Source: an uncultured Acidobacteriaceae bacterium (lineage in GTDB: Bacteria; Acidobacteriota; Terriglobia; Terriglobales; Acidobacteriaceae). Taken from it: DNA of 64,000 bases. The notes below the pieces were generated by a model that saw only the letters and a list, made by a program, of their open reading frames with translations, did no database searches and had not been told where the DNA came from. Location of the stretch: the NCBI GenBank assembly GCA_963770555.1, contig CAVYQC010000006.1, positions 105,564 through 169,563 of the forward strand, read 5' to 3'. Below are positions 38,526 to 48,732 of this stretch, piece by piece. A program made the position numbers and the translations under genes. How positions within the stretch are numbered: position 1 is the stretch's first letter; the number at the start of each line of letters is the position of its first letter.

Positions 38526-38565
38526 GGAGCTAATGTGCTCAACGGATTGTACACTGACGATGACT

Positions 38566-41448
38566 ATGTTCCGTGCCGAGAGACTTTATCCAGTTGTTGC
38601 CAGCGTGGCCCTTGCTGGGCTGATCTGCGCCGGCGCCGGGCAATCCGCGCCACGGGCGCAGGAGGCGGCGCAGGACTCCGCCGAGAGCGAGCTTGCCGCG
38701 GTGCCGCTGCCCGAGCCCACGGCCAACGCACTGCCTTTGCCGGAGGACCGCGGCGAGGCCGACCTGGAGCAGACTCTGAAGCGCCTGAACACCACGGCCA
38801 GCGTGCTGATGATCGTCGCCCATCCCGACGACGAGGACGGATCGCTGCTGACCTACTTGTCGCGCGGGCTGGGCGTGCGCGCCACACTGTTGACGCTGAC
38901 GCGCGGCGAAGGCGGGCAGAATGCGATGTCGGCCGAGAGCTACGACGCACTGGGCCTCATCCGCACACAGGAGCTGCTGAAAGCCGATGAGTATTACGGC
39001 GCACGGCAACTGTGGGGAACGGAGGCGGACTTCGGCTTTTCGAAGACCCAGGAGGAATCGTTTGCCAAGTGGGGCCACGAGCGCGTGCTCTACGATGCGG
39101 TGCTGGCGGTGCGGATGGTACGGCCGCAGGTGATCGTTTCCACGTTTGCGGGCGCCGTGAGCGACGGCCACGGGCAACACCAGGTTTCGGGCGAGATTGC
39201 GCAGGAGGCATTCAAGGCGGCCGGCGACCGCACGGTATTTCCTCAGCAATTGAAGAATGGATTAGAGCCATGGCAGCCGCTGGCAGTCTATTCGCGTGCG
39301 CCGTTTGCACCCATCACGAACGGACAGATGTTCGACTACGCGACGGGAAAGTGGGCTCCGGCGAAATTCCACAACTATGCGACCGGCGCATGGATCACGG
39401 GCTCCTTGACCGCCGACGTCACGCTGCCCACGGGAACGTGGGATGCGGCGTTGGGGCGAACTTACGTGCAGATTGCGCGCCAAGGGTGGGGCGAGCAGAA
39501 GTCGCAGTATGGAGGCGCGAATCCGGCGCTGGCTGAGCCGGACTTCACGGGCTATCACTTATGGGCGGCGGCTCGTGGAGCGCAGCCCGAACCCGATGGC
39601 GCGATACCGGCAAACGACGATCTTTTTCGGAATTCCAAGGTGCAGGTTGACACCAGCCTCGAGGGCCTGGCGCGGCTGGCAACTGGCGAGCCGCCGGCGT
39701 GGCTGCACGACGGCCTTCAGGAGATTCAGTCGGGCCTGAATTCGTTCGAGAAGAATTGCGAAGGCGAACGCGGGGCGCAAGGCGCGCAACACCTGGCACC
39801 GGTTTATCGCGCCACGCTCGACCTGTATGCCCGCGTTCAGGCGAGCGATCTGGACGCGCAGGCGAAGGCCGGGTTGGAGCTGGAGTTGGGTGAGAAGATC
39901 GCGCAGTTCCAGACCGCGCTGAAAGATCTGCTTGGTCTGGACATGATTGCGTTCAAGACCGGAAGCGTGGGCGGTCAAGGCTACGGCGGAAGGGGCGGAA
40001 CGGCGGATGAAACGGCGCGAAGTGTTTCGCCTGGCGAGGAGTTCGGGGTTCGCGTTCATACCTTCAGCGCCACCGGCGACGCGCATCTCGTGAAGACCTG
40101 GTTTGAGACCGGGAATGGGGAGCCGTGGATGAAGGGCGAGCCGGCCGCAGCGCCGGGAGGGGAGGAGTCGACCAACGCGATCTATCGCCTGCACGTGCCG
40201 GAGGATGCGCAGCCGACGAAGCCCTTCTTCACGCGGCCCACCACCGAGCAGCCGACCTACGACATTGCGAACGAAGCCTGGCGCGAGCGGTCGTTTGAAC
40301 CCTATCCATTGACCGCGTGGACGGAGTTTACATTCGACGGCGTTCCCATTCGCATCGGGCAGGTGGTGCAAACGCTGGCGCACGTGAGCGGAGTGGGCGG
40401 GGTGTACGAGCCACTGGTGATCACGCCGGAGATTGGCGTCGAGGTCGAGCCGGAGGCGCGCATTCTGCCGCTGGACGGCTCGCCGCTTCCGGTGAGCGTG
40501 ACGGTTCATGCGCGGCGCGCTCTAGAGGGAACAGTGGATTTGAAGCTGCCCGAGGGCTGGCGCTCCGATCCGGCGCAAAGAGAATTTCAGCTGAAGAGCG
40601 CCGGCGACACGGAACCGCTCACATTTTCCGTCGTGCCCTCCGGCGACGTAGAGACGCGCGCATACATGATCGAGGCAGTGGCCCATTCCGGCGCAAAGTC
40701 CTACACCATCGGCTGGCGGAATGTGGCTTACCCCGGCCTGCGCTCGACCGATCAATACACGCCGGCCGAGCTGCGCACGCGCAAGATCGATTTGAAGGTG
40801 GCGCCGGGATTGCGCGTGGCTTACGTGATGGGAACCGGCGACCTGGTTCCCGAAGCGATCAGGGAGCTGGGCATCGAGCCGCACATTCTTACCGCGGCAG
40901 AGCTGGCCACAGCCGACCTCTCGCAGTGGAATGTGCTGGTGATCGGCATTCGCGCGTACTCGGCGTCGCCGGAGCTGGCGGCCGCGCAGCCCCGCATCGA
41001 AGACTTTGCCGAGCGCGGAGGAACCGTCATCGTTCAGTATCAGAGCGAGACGTTTGCGGCTCCCGAGCCGATCGAGCTGGGGCGCATGCCGGAGCGCGTC
41101 GTGGATGAGCGGTCCGAAGTGAAGCTGCTGGACCCCGCCAACCCGCTGCTCAACTGGCCCAACAAGATTACCGCTGCCGATTTCGAAGGCTGGCTGGAAG
41201 AGCGCGGCCATGGCTTTCCCGATCGTTGGGACCCTGGCTACACGGCGCTCACCGAGACTGCCGATCCCGGCCAGGACCCGCAACGTGGCGGGTTGCTCGT
41301 AACCCATCCCGGCAAGGGAACCTATATTTACGTCGCCTTTGCGTTGTATCGCCAGTTTCCGGAGTTGGTTCCGGGGTCGTACCGGCTGCTGGCCAACCTA
41401 TTGAGCGCGGGGAAGGGCGGGGAAAAGGGAACAGGGAATAGGGAGTAG
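38566..41448 (+). CDS. Secreted PIG-L/LmbE family deacetylase with Ig-like (NEW3) and C-terminal GATase-like domains
   Basis: AHPDDED, TRGEGGQN, HGQH, NWPNKIT..DF.GW..ERG, RQFPELVPGSYRL. Confidence 0.87.
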   Translation: MFRAERLYPVVASVALAGLICAGAGQSAPRAQEAAQDSAESELAAVPLPEPTANALPLPEDRGEADLEQTLKRLNTTASVLMIVAHPDDEDGSLLTYLSRGLGVRATLLTLTRGEGGQNAMSAESYDALGLIRTQELLKADEYYGARQLWGTEADFGFSKTQEESFAKWGHERVLYDAVLAVRMVRPQVIVSTFAGAVSDGHGQHQVSGEIAQEAFKAAGDRTVFPQQLKNGLEPWQPLAVYSRAPFAPITNGQMFDYATGKWAPAKFHNYATGAWITGSLTADVTLPTGTWDAALGRTYVQIARQGWGEQKSQYGGANPALAEPDFTGYHLWAAARGAQPEPDGAIPANDDLFRNSKVQVDTSLEGLARLATGEPPAWLHDGLQEIQSGLNSFEKNCEGERGAQGAQHLAPVYRATLDLYARVQASDLDAQAKAGLELELGEKIAQFQTALKDLLGLDMIAFKTGSVGGQGYGGRGGTADETARSVSPGEEFGVRVHTFSATGDAHLVKTWFETGNGEPWMKGEPAAAPGGEESTNAIYRLHVPEDAQPTKPFFTRPTTEQPTYDIANEAWRERSFEPYPLTAWTEFTFDGVPIRIGQVVQTLAHVSGVGGVYEPLVITPEIGVEVEPEARILPLDGSPLPVSVTVHARRALEGTVDLKLPEGWRSDPAQREFQLKSAGDTEPLTFSVVPSGDVETRAYMIEAVAHSGAKSYTIGWRNVAYPGLRSTDQYTPAELRTRKIDLKVAPGLRVAYVMGTGDLVPEAIRELGIEPHILTAAELATADLSQWNVLVIGIRAYSASPELAAAQPRIEDFAERGGTVIVQYQSETFAAPEPIELGRMPERVVDERSEVKLLDPANPLLNWPNKITAADFEGWLEERGHGFPDRWDPGYTALTETADPGQDPQRGGLLVTHPGKGTYIYVAFALYRQFPELVPGSYRLLANLLSAGKGGEKGTGNRE

Positions 41449-41453
41449 GGAAC
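41426..41453 (+). repeat. Tandem heptamer AGGGA(A/G)(C/T) x4 (STRR-like)
   Basis: agggaac agggaat agggagt agggaac, spanning the stop codon of the PIG-L gene. Confidence 0.85.
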
Positions 41454-41822
41454 AGGCGGGCAGGTCGGAGAGATATCAGCGTAAGCTTGCGGCTTGACGT
41501 AGAGAAGGCAAATTTATTGTTAAAGAGAGATTAACTTCGATTCCCTAAGTTCGTGTCCCGATAGGGACGGATTGCTTTGTAAAAAATATGTGAATTCGTC
41601 AAATATTCATCTGATTCTGCGAGTCTTGGATTCGGAGGCGGTAAGGCAAATCTCAGCTTTACGAAGCTTCTCCACGGCTTTCATGGCGACGTTACGCCGC
41701 GCCTAAGGGACACAGTACAAATTCATAGTCAAGGTTTTCTCGATGAGAGAATGTAGCGCGTTCAATCGGCCGGTGAATACTGCACCGATCCAACCCGATC
41801 CGAGAGGAAAAAGAGAGGCCCA

Positions 41823-43610
41823 ATGAAATTCCAACTCAGTGTGGCTGCCGCGGCAATGCTGGCAGCCAGTCTCGTTGTTTCCAATGCCCACGCCAGCGAT
41901 CCGGCAGCGCCGGCGAAAAAGCACGCCGCCAGCAAGACACCTCCCCCGCCATCAGTGGAAGACCAGATCGAAGGGCTGCGCCGGGAGCTTCAGGGTCAGA
42001 TCGATAGCCTGAAAAGCGACCTGGCCGACAAGGATGCGCAACTGAAACAGGCGCAGCAGCAGGCGGCCGACGCGCAGGCGGCGGCAGCCAAGGCTGAAGC
42101 AGACGCCACCGCGCAGCAACAGGCGTTCACTGAGAACGCAGCAGCGGTCTCAACCCTGCAAAGCACAGTGACTGACATGAAGGCAGCGAACGCAGCGGTC
42201 GTCTCCTCGTTGACTGACCAAACGACTGCCATCAAGAAGGAGATCTTGAGCCCAGACGTCCTTCATTTCAAAGGAATCACCCTTTCGCCCACCGGCAGCT
42301 TCCTGGCGGCTGAAACCGTTTGGCGTCAGGGGGCTACGGGCGGCGATATCAATACTCCCTTTACCGGCGTCCCGCTGGCCAACTCCGATGCGGCGCAGTT
42401 GAGCGAGTTCCAGGGTTCAGGCCGTCAGTCCCGCCTCGCGCTCAAAGCCGTGGGCAAGCTGCCCAGTTTCACCATGACCGGCTACTACGAGATGGACTGG
42501 CTGAGCGCCGGCGTCACCTCCAACAACAACCAGTCGAACAGCTACACGTTGCGGCAGCGCCAGTTGTGGGCCGACGCCAAGACGACCGGCGGCTGGGACT
42601 TCTCCGGCGGCCAGGGATGGTCGCTGGCGACGGAAACGACGTCCGGCCTGACGCGCGGGACTGAGATTCTGCCGGCCACCATCGACGCACAGTACGAAGC
42701 CGGCTTTGTCTGGTCGCGGCAATACAGCTTCCGCGTCTCCAAGGACATCGGCAAGGTCGCCGCCATCGGCGCCTCCATTGAAAACGCCGAAATGCTGAAC
42801 CCCTCCGGCCAGGGCCTGCCGACCAATGAACTGTTTGGTTCTACGGGGACCGGCGGCGGCCTCTACAACTCCACTGCCAACTACTCCTTCAACTACACGC
42901 CGGACTTTGTGGTCAAAATTGCTTTGCAGCCGGGCTGGGGCCATTGGGAGGTGTTCGGGATCGACCGCAACTTCCGTGACCGCATCTACCCCACTACGGG
43001 CAGCCCCTACAACAGCACGGCCACAGGCGCCGGCATCGGCGGCGGCTTCCGCGCCCCGCTCGCAGGCAAGCTTGTAACCATCGGCCTCAAGGGCCTGTGG
43101 GGCCAGGGCGTGGGCCGCTACGGCTCTTCGACCATCGCCGACGCCACGCTGCGCCCGAATGCGACCATCTCACCCATTCACGGCTTCTCCGCCCTCAGCA
43201 CGCTGGAACTGAATCCCAGCCCCAATTTCAATCTGTACACCAACTACGGCGGCGATTATCTCGACCGCGATTATGTGCTCAACGGGACAACCCAGGTCGG
43301 CTACGGCACCCGGTCTACGAACATGTCGGGCTGCTTGACCGAGACTCTCAACGGTACCGCAGCCGCCGGAGGCGCAGCGCCCGTGGCCCCAGCCAACTGC
43401 GGCGGCAGCAACAAGGACGTGCAGGAGTTCACGGTTGGCTACTGGTGGAACATCCACAACAGCGCGCAGGGACGTCTGCGCCAGGGCATCCAGTACAGCT
43501 GGTTTGATCGCACCCTGTGGTCAGGCGCGGGCGGCACGGCCAATCCCGGCAACGGCGCCCATGGCGATGACAACATGCTCTTCACGTCGTTGCGCTACTA
43601 CCTGCCGTAA
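41823..43610 (+). CDS. Outer-membrane porin-like protein (DcaP-like) with N-terminal coiled coil
   Basis: Signal peptide, Ala/Gln-rich coiled coil, RQSRL, GYYEMDW, LRQRQLW, C-terminal SLRYYLP. Confidence 0.8.
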   Translation: MKFQLSVAAAAMLAASLVVSNAHASDPAAPAKKHAASKTPPPPSVEDQIEGLRRELQGQIDSLKSDLADKDAQLKQAQQQAADAQAAAAKAEADATAQQQAFTENAAAVSTLQSTVTDMKAANAAVVSSLTDQTTAIKKEILSPDVLHFKGITLSPTGSFLAAETVWRQGATGGDINTPFTGVPLANSDAAQLSEFQGSGRQSRLALKAVGKLPSFTMTGYYEMDWLSAGVTSNNNQSNSYTLRQRQLWADAKTTGGWDFSGGQGWSLATETTSGLTRGTEILPATIDAQYEAGFVWSRQYSFRVSKDIGKVAAIGASIENAEMLNPSGQGLPTNELFGSTGTGGGLYNSTANYSFNYTPDFVVKIALQPGWGHWEVFGIDRNFRDRIYPTTGSPYNSTATGAGIGGGFRAPLAGKLVTIGLKGLWGQGVGRYGSSTIADATLRPNATISPIHGFSALSTLELNPSPNFNLYTNYGGDYLDRDYVLNGTTQVGYGTRSTNMSGCLTETLNGTAAAGGAAPVAPANCGGSNKDVQEFTVGYWWNIHNSAQGRLRQGIQYSWFDRTLWSGAGGTANPGNGAHGDDNMLFTSLRYYLP

Positions 43611-43637
43611 GCCATCTGTCTTGGCCCCAAAACAGTA

Positions 43638-43669
43638 GGGGCAGCTCGCGATGCGGGCTGCCCCTTTTT
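43638..43669 (+). terminator. Intrinsic terminator, possibly bidirectional, between porin and tsf
   Basis: ggggcagctcgc-gat-gcgggctgcccc followed by ttttt. Confidence 0.8.
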
Positions 43670-43687
43670 CTTCATGTGAAGCGGGAG

Positions 43688-44335
43688 TTACTCCGCGGCG
43701 GAATCCACGGGCTTGGTCTGGGCCACGGTCCAGTCGGGCGCGCCCACCTTGAAGCGCGCGAAGCGGCGCACGGTGATGTTCTCGCCCAGCTTGGCCACCT
43801 TCTGCGCGATCAGCTCCTTGATGCTTACGGCCTGATCTTTGATGAAGGGCTGCTCCAGCAGGCAGACCTCCTCGTAGAACTTGGCCATCTTGCCGTCCAC
43901 AATCTGCGCAATCACCTTCTCCGGCTTGCCGGTGGCCGCGGCCTGCGCGCGATAGATCTCTCTTTCGCGATCGAGGTCGGCCGGCGTCACGTCCTCCGGC
44001 TTCACGTAGCGCGGGTCGCTGGCGGCGATGTGCATCGCGATCTCCTTGAGCAGCTCCTGGAAGTCGTCGGTGCGGGCCACAAAGTCGGTTTCGCAGTTGA
44101 GCTCGACCAGTACGCCCAGCTTGCCTCCGGCATGGATGTAAGCACCCACGGCGCCGTCCTTGGTTGCGCGGGCGACCTTCTTCTGCGCAGAAGCAATGCC
44201 GCGCTTACGCAGCACCACAAAAGCTTCCTCGAGGTCTCCCTTGGCTTCCTGCAAAGCCTTCAGGCATTCGCCCATGGGCGCGCCGGACTTCTCGCGAAGC
44301 TCTTTCACCAATTTGGCATCAATTTTTTCACTCAC
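43688..44335 (-). CDS. tsf: Elongation factor Ts (short form)
   Basis: VKELREKSGAPMGECLKAL, VELNCETDFVAR, LLEQPFIKD; GTG start. Confidence 0.97.
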   Translation of the reverse strand: MSEKIDAKLVKELREKSGAPMGECLKALQEAKGDLEEAFVVLRKRGIASAQKKVARATKDGAVGAYIHAGGKLGVLVELNCETDFVARTDDFQELLKEIAMHIAASDPRYVKPEDVTPADLDREREIYRAQAAATGKPEKVIAQIVDGKMAKFYEEVCLLEQPFIKDQAVSIKELIAQKVAKLGENITVRRFARFKVGAPDWTVAQTKPVDSAAE

Positions 44336-44479
44336 TGGAGTCTTCTCTCATTTCCCTGGCTGTTGCCAGCCTCATGCACAAGGTTCTTGAATCAAAGGTT
44401 GCTGGATCAAGGTTTCAGGCCGGACGGTTTTCCCGTTTCCATGGCGGCGGCAAACATCGGCCGGCGATGGCTGCGGAGC

Positions 44480-44517
44480 AAAAGAAAAGCGTGGCAAACG
44501 CCCCGGCCGCCACGCTT
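44480..44517 (-). terminator. Terminator/attenuator between rpsB and tsf
   Basis: Minus strand aagcgtggc...gccacgctt followed by ttctttt. Confidence 0.75.
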
Positions 44518-44625
44518 GTCCTGAAGGGTACGAGCTTCACCCCGTACGTGAGCCAGGCATCGTCGCCGCGGGCTCAAACCCATGGGAGAATGCCGGCCAA
44601 CCAGCCCGAAGTCTCAAAGGAATTC

Positions 44626-45492
44626 CTAAAGCGCGCTCTCGGCGGGTTCGTCTTCGTCGAGAGCCGCAACGGCCGCGGGCGCTTTGCGCACGCCTCCGCC
44701 CAGCGCCGCTTCAAAGCCCTCGTCGTCGGGGGATGCCGCTTCACCGGCCAGCGACTCCACAACGGTCTCCACCGGCACGGGCGTCTCCTCCTGGAAGGCC
44801 TTGTCACCCACCAGATTCACGCCCTCGGCTGCCGAGTCGGCAATCTTCGAGGTAAACAGCCGGATGGCCCGCAGCGCGTCGTCGTTGCCGGGGATCACGT
44901 AGTCGACCACCGTCGGATCGCAGTTGGTGTCCACCACCGCAACCACGGGAATGCCCAGCTTGCGCGCTTCCTTCACCGCAATCGCCTCGTTGTTCGAGTC
45001 CACGATGAACAGCGCGTCCGGAAGCCGCTTCATGCTCTTGATGCCGGCCAAATTTGCCTGGAGGTGCTTGCGCTCCCGCTCAAGCTTGATCACTTCCTTC
45101 TTGGTCAGCAGCTCGTAACGGCCGTCCACGGCCATCTCATCCAGCTCCTGAAGGCGCTTCACCGACTTCTGCACCGTCACCCAGTTGGTCAAAAGGCCGC
45201 CCAGCCAGCGCTGGTTGATGTAGGGCATGCCCGCGCGCGTAGCTTCTTCGGCGATCGCGTCCTGAGCCTGGCGCTTGGTGCCGACAAACAGAATCGTCCG
45301 TCCCTGCGAACAGAGATCGGTGACGAATTTCGACGCGTCCTTGAACAGCTTGAGCGTCTTCTGCAGGTCGATGATGTAAATCCCGTTGCGCTCCCCGAAG
45401 ATGTATTCCTTCATCCGCGGGTTCCAGCGCTTGGTCTGATGCCCGAAGTGAACACCCGCTTCGAGCAGCTCCTTCATGGTGATGGTGGCCAA
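44626..45492 (-). CDS. rpsB: 30S ribosomal protein S2
   Basis: [38 protein letters not shown]; TTG start with AAGGAGG RBS. Confidence 0.98.
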   Translation of the reverse strand: MATITMKELLEAGVHFGHQTKRWNPRMKEYIFGERNGIYIIDLQKTLKLFKDASKFVTDLCSQGRTILFVGTKRQAQDAIAEEATRAGMPYINQRWLGGLLTNWVTVQKSVKRLQELDEMAVDGRYELLTKKEVIKLERERKHLQANLAGIKSMKRLPDALFIVDSNNEAIAVKEARKLGIPVVAVVDTNCDPTVVDYVIPGNDDALRAIRLFTSKIADSAAEGVNLVGDKAFQEETPVPVETVVESLAGEAASPDDEGFEAALGGGVRKAPAAVAALDEDEPAESAL

Positions 45493-45562
45493 TGGTCCTC
45501 CTTCGTGGATTGCATTCCGGCCGGGCCGGAATTGATGCCCCTTGCGGGGAGATTTGAAAAAC

Positions 45563-45637
45563 CAGGGGTCAGGGGTCGGAGATCAGGGGTCAGAAAAGCA
45601 AGAGGCCAACTGATCCCTGATTCCTGAAACCCGATCT
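45563..45637. repeat. Heptamer array CAGGGGT-type with inverted partner (STRR-like), rpsI-rpsB spacer
   Basis: caggggt caggggt cggagat caggggt cag ... ctgatcc ctgattc ctgaaac ccgatct. Confidence 0.8.
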
Positions 45638-45648
45638 CTTGAAGCGCT

Positions 45649-46044
45649 TTAGCGCTTCGAGAACTGGAACCGTTTGCGGGCGCCTTTCTGCCCGTACTTC
45701 TTCCGCTCTTTGACGCGTGCATCGCGGGTGAACAGGCCCTCGGCCTTCAGAGCCTTGCGCAGCTCCGGGTTGAACTCAATCAGCGCGCGGGCAATGCCCA
45801 TCTTCACGGCGTCGGCCTGCGCGGCTACACCGCCGCCGCTAACCGTGGTAAGCACATCGAAGCTCGAAGCCAGCTCGGCCACAACCAGCGTCCGCTTGGC
45901 CGAGACGCGCTGCTGCTCGGTGACGAAGTACTCGTCGAATCCCTTGCCGTTTACCTTCCACTCGCCGGTGCCGGGACGCAGGAAAACCCGCGCGATCGCC
46001 GACTTGCGCCGCCCCGTCCCGTAATACTGAACCAGATCTGCCAT
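45649..46044 (-). CDS. rpsI: 30S ribosomal protein S9
   Basis: [33 protein letters not shown]. Confidence 0.98.
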   Translation of the reverse strand: MADLVQYYGTGRRKSAIARVFLRPGTGEWKVNGKGFDEYFVTEQQRVSAKRTLVVAELASSFDVLTTVSGGGVAAQADAVKMGIARALIEFNPELRKALKAEGLFTRDARVKERKKYGQKGARKRFQFSKR

Positions 46045-46051
46045 TCTTCGT

Positions 46052-46176
46052 TAGCTCCTAGCTGCTAGCTTTTAGCCATTAGCCCGTTCTTGCTTCGAAT
46101 TCGCTCTGTGCCTTCGCCTCAGCCTTCAGTTCCAGCAGTGAAAAGCTAGAAGCTAAAAGCTAAGAGCTGATAGCTG
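46052..46176. repeat. Heptamer array TAGCTNN x5 with inverted array NNAGCTA x5 (STRR-like), rplM-rpsI spacer
   Basis: tagctcc tagctgc tagcttt tagccat tagcccg ... aaagcta gaagcta aaagcta agagctg atagctg. Confidence 0.85.
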
Positions 46177-46178
46177 CT

Positions 46179-46604
46179 TTACTTCAATTCCACCGGCTTC
46201 TGCGCCTGGTGGGGGTGTTTGTCGCCGCGATAGACCTTCAACTTGGAACCCATCGCGCGCCCCATCTTGGTCTTCGGCAACATGCCCTTGATGGCTTCTT
46301 CCAGAATTTTCTCGGGCTTGCGGTTGAGCAGCCGGGTGAACGATTCCTCGCGCAGGCCGCCGGGAAATCCGGTATAGCGCCGGTAAACCTTTTTCTGGCT
46401 CTTCAGCCCCGTCAGCCGCACTTTCTCTGCGTTGATCACGATCACGTGGTCGCCCACGTCGATATACGGCACATATTGGGGATTCAGCTTGCCGCTCAGC
46501 ACGCTGGCAGCTTTGGTGGCTAGCCGGCCCAGCGTCTGGCCGCTGGCGTCCACCACAAACCATTTGCGGTCAATGTCCTTGCCGCTCGGAACGAAGGTCG
46601 ACAT
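46179..46604 (-). CDS. rplM: 50S ribosomal protein L13
   Basis: [41 protein letters not shown]. Confidence 0.98.
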   Translation of the reverse strand: MSTFVPSGKDIDRKWFVVDASGQTLGRLATKAASVLSGKLNPQYVPYIDVGDHVIVINAEKVRLTGLKSQKKVYRRYTGFPGGLREESFTRLLNRKPEKILEEAIKGMLPKTKMGRAMGSKLKVYRGDKHPHQAQKPVELK

Positions 46605-47191
46605 CTCTCTCTGCCCTCTAAAAGCCCGGCCCACCCACCCAAAAACAGCCGGAAGACCGGAAAAGATCGCGCGCAGGGCGCGTGTGCCCACGCAAAACGC
46701 ACGGGCCTTAACTCTACCCACTGCCAAACAAAGCTGTTCGGGTGAGGATTGCGGGGGCTAGCCCTCTTCGAGCTCTGGCTCTGCCGGACAAACTCCCAAG
46801 TACGGCAGCCGGTGGCCTGTTGCGAGCGGATCCCCATTTCCGGGGCGTCCACGAGCCGGGTCCGGGTGAAGACACACAAACCCCAGGCGCAACACCGCGC
46901 AAGGTCTTCAGAATACTTCAAATCGGGGGTGGAGTCAATGAAAAGCCGGAGCATAACCGGCCAGCCTAGGCTCTCTCTTTCCACGCAGCGAAAGTCGGCG
47001 GTGAGGCCTGTCGCCGCTCCCCGGCCACATGCCGGGAAATTCCGCTGGGTACCTTTGTGAGGGGTCTCTAGCACTTGCCGCTCACACGGTGCGGTGAAAG
47101 TGGAATTCAAATCGCGGGCGATCCGGAGGAACATGGATTTGCCGACTATTTATCTTAGAGCGGCTCGGGGAGCCGCATAGGAGTATAGAAA

Positions 47192-47410
47192 ATGTCAGTT
47201 CAAGCCGCAATTGCAACTGCTTACAAACGTCGCGCTTCGGTGCACTCCATTACCGACATTCCCGCCTTCGCCGAACGTCTCGCAGAGACATACGAATCCA
47301 TGGGGGAAGGGGCCAGGTGCTCCAGAGGCGCGTTGATGGCCATCGCCCTGGAGGCTGTGGCGGTTCTCGGCGGGATGATGATCTGGCAGTTCTGGCACAT
47401 TCTTCGCTAG
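47192..47410 (+). CDS. Small hypothetical membrane protein with a single C-terminal TM
   Basis: GGAG RBS, 72 aa, C-terminal hydrophobic helix GALMAIALEAVAVLGGMMIWQFW. Confidence 0.65.
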   Translation: MSVQAAIATAYKRRASVHSITDIPAFAERLAETYESMGEGARCSRGALMAIALEAVAVLGGMMIWQFWHILR

Positions 47411-47549
47411 CCGCGGCTTGCACCGGCAGATTTCTCCCGGCGCCGCCTTGGCTGCTGAAAGCGGGTCAGGCATGAGCCGGAACTCGCGCCCGCATTGCCC
47501 TCAGCGTGAAGCCGGCGGCTGAAGTCCGGGCAGCCACGACCTCGAAGTC

Positions 47550-47586
47550 ATCGGACCATGTGCGGCAAGTCCGCGCATGGTCCGAT
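47550..47586. terminator. Strong hairpin between convergent genes
   Basis: atcggaccatgtgcgg-caagt-ccgcgcatggtccgat. Confidence 0.6.
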
Positions 47587-47592
47587 TCATTT

Positions 47593-48732
47593 TCACGCCG
47601 CCCGCGAGCTTACCGACCTGACCCGGAAGCGCTTCATCTGGATGGACAGCGTGCGCTCGATCTTGCGCAGCTCGCCGCGCTCCGCAGGAGCGGCAAAGGT
47701 CGACGCTACGCCGCGCGCCGACATCCGCCCGGTGCGTCCTATGCGGTGCACAAAATCCTCGGCCACTTTGGGCAGATCGAAGTTGACCACATGGGCTATG
47801 TGGGCCACGTCGATGCCGCGGGCAGCTACGTCGGTTGCCACCAGCACCCGGTACCGGCCCTCGGAAAAGCTGCGCAGGGCGGAGTTGCGCTGCGATTGGG
47901 TGCGGTCGCCGTGAATCTGCGTGGCCGAGTGTCCGTTGCGAGCAAGCCGGCGCGCTACGCGGTCCGCGCCGTGCTTGGTGCGGACAAAAACCAGGAAGCT
48001 GCCTTTTTCCGAGCCAAGCAGATGCTCGAGCAGCTCCTGCTTCTTGTCCGGCGCAACCTCGAAGGTGCGCAGCTCCACATTTTCGGCCGGCTTGAGAATC
48101 GAGCCGATCTCGATCCGGGCCGGGTTGTTCAGGTACTTGCGCGCCACCTCCTGTACCGCGCCTTCCAGCGTGGCCGAGTAGCAGAGGGTCTGCCGCACTA
48201 GCGGCAGCGTAGCGGCAATCCTCGCAATAGCCGGCTGAAAACCCATATCGAGCATGCGGTCTACTTCGTCCAGGACCAGGATCTTCACCTGATCGAGCCG
48301 CACCAGCCTGCGCTTGAGAAAGTCCTCGAGCCGGCCGGGGGTGGCTACGATGAGCTTTGCGCCGCGGCGAATGGCGTCGAGCTGCGGGCCTTCCGCCATG
48401 CCGCCGACCACTAGAGCTACGCTTTGGCCGGAGTCGGTCCGGACGTCGCGAAAGGCCGCTTCCACCTGCATGGCCAATTCGCGCGTGGGCAGCAGAATAA
48501 GCGCGTGCGCCGCCGGACCGCGGGCCTGGCGCATCTGCAGGAGTTCCACGAGGGGAACGAGAAAGCTAAGAGTCTTGCCGGTTCCGGTCTGCGCCGTGGC
48601 CAGCACATCGCGGCCTTCGAGAGCCGGGGGAATGGCGCCGGCTTGCACCGGGGTGGGGGTTTCAAACTTGTTGGCGTTGAGCCGCGCCATAAGAGCGGGC
48701 GAAATGGAAAACTGCGAAAACTGAGTGATCAA
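47593..48732 (-). CDS. DEAD-box ATP-dependent RNA helicase (RhlE-like, short)
   Basis: PTPVQ, AQTGTGKT, PTRELA, TPGR, DEVD, SAT, ATDVAARGID, HRIGRTGR; TTG start. Confidence 0.95.
   Translation of the reverse strand: MITQFSQFSISPALMARLNANKFETPTPVQAGAIPPALEGRDVLATAQTGTGKTLSFLVPLVELLQMRQARGPAAHALILLPTRELAMQVEAAFRDVRTDSGQSVALVVGGMAEGPQLDAIRRGAKLIVATPGRLEDFLKRRLVRLDQVKILVLDEVDRMLDMGFQPAIARIAATLPLVRQTLCYSATLEGAVQEVARKYLNNPARIEIGSILKPAENVELRTFEVAPDKKQELLEHLLGSEKGSFLVFVRTKHGADRVARRLARNGHSATQIHGDRTQSQRNSALRSFSEGRYRVLVATDVAARGIDVAHIAHVVNFDLPKVAEDFVHRIGRTGRMSARGVASTFAAPAERGELRKIERTLSIQMKRFRVRSVSSRAA

Noticed and set aside
41640-41720. GGCAAA...GCCTAA upstream of the porin as a c-di-GMP-I riboswitch
   Set aside because: No P2 stem with GNRA loop and no GACGCAAAG junction in the required positions
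44379-44419. Three loose CAAGGTT repeats of 14-15 nt in the rpsB-tsf spacer
   Set aside because: Too degenerate and short to distinguish from chance by eye
44164-45627. 487-aa plus-strand ORF across tsf/rpsB
   Set aside because: Antisense to well-conserved ribosomal genes
46868-47068. About 200-nt region as possible 6S RNA
   Set aside because: Only patchy end-to-end pairing, no convincing central bubble or continuous rod, and no typical 6S gene context
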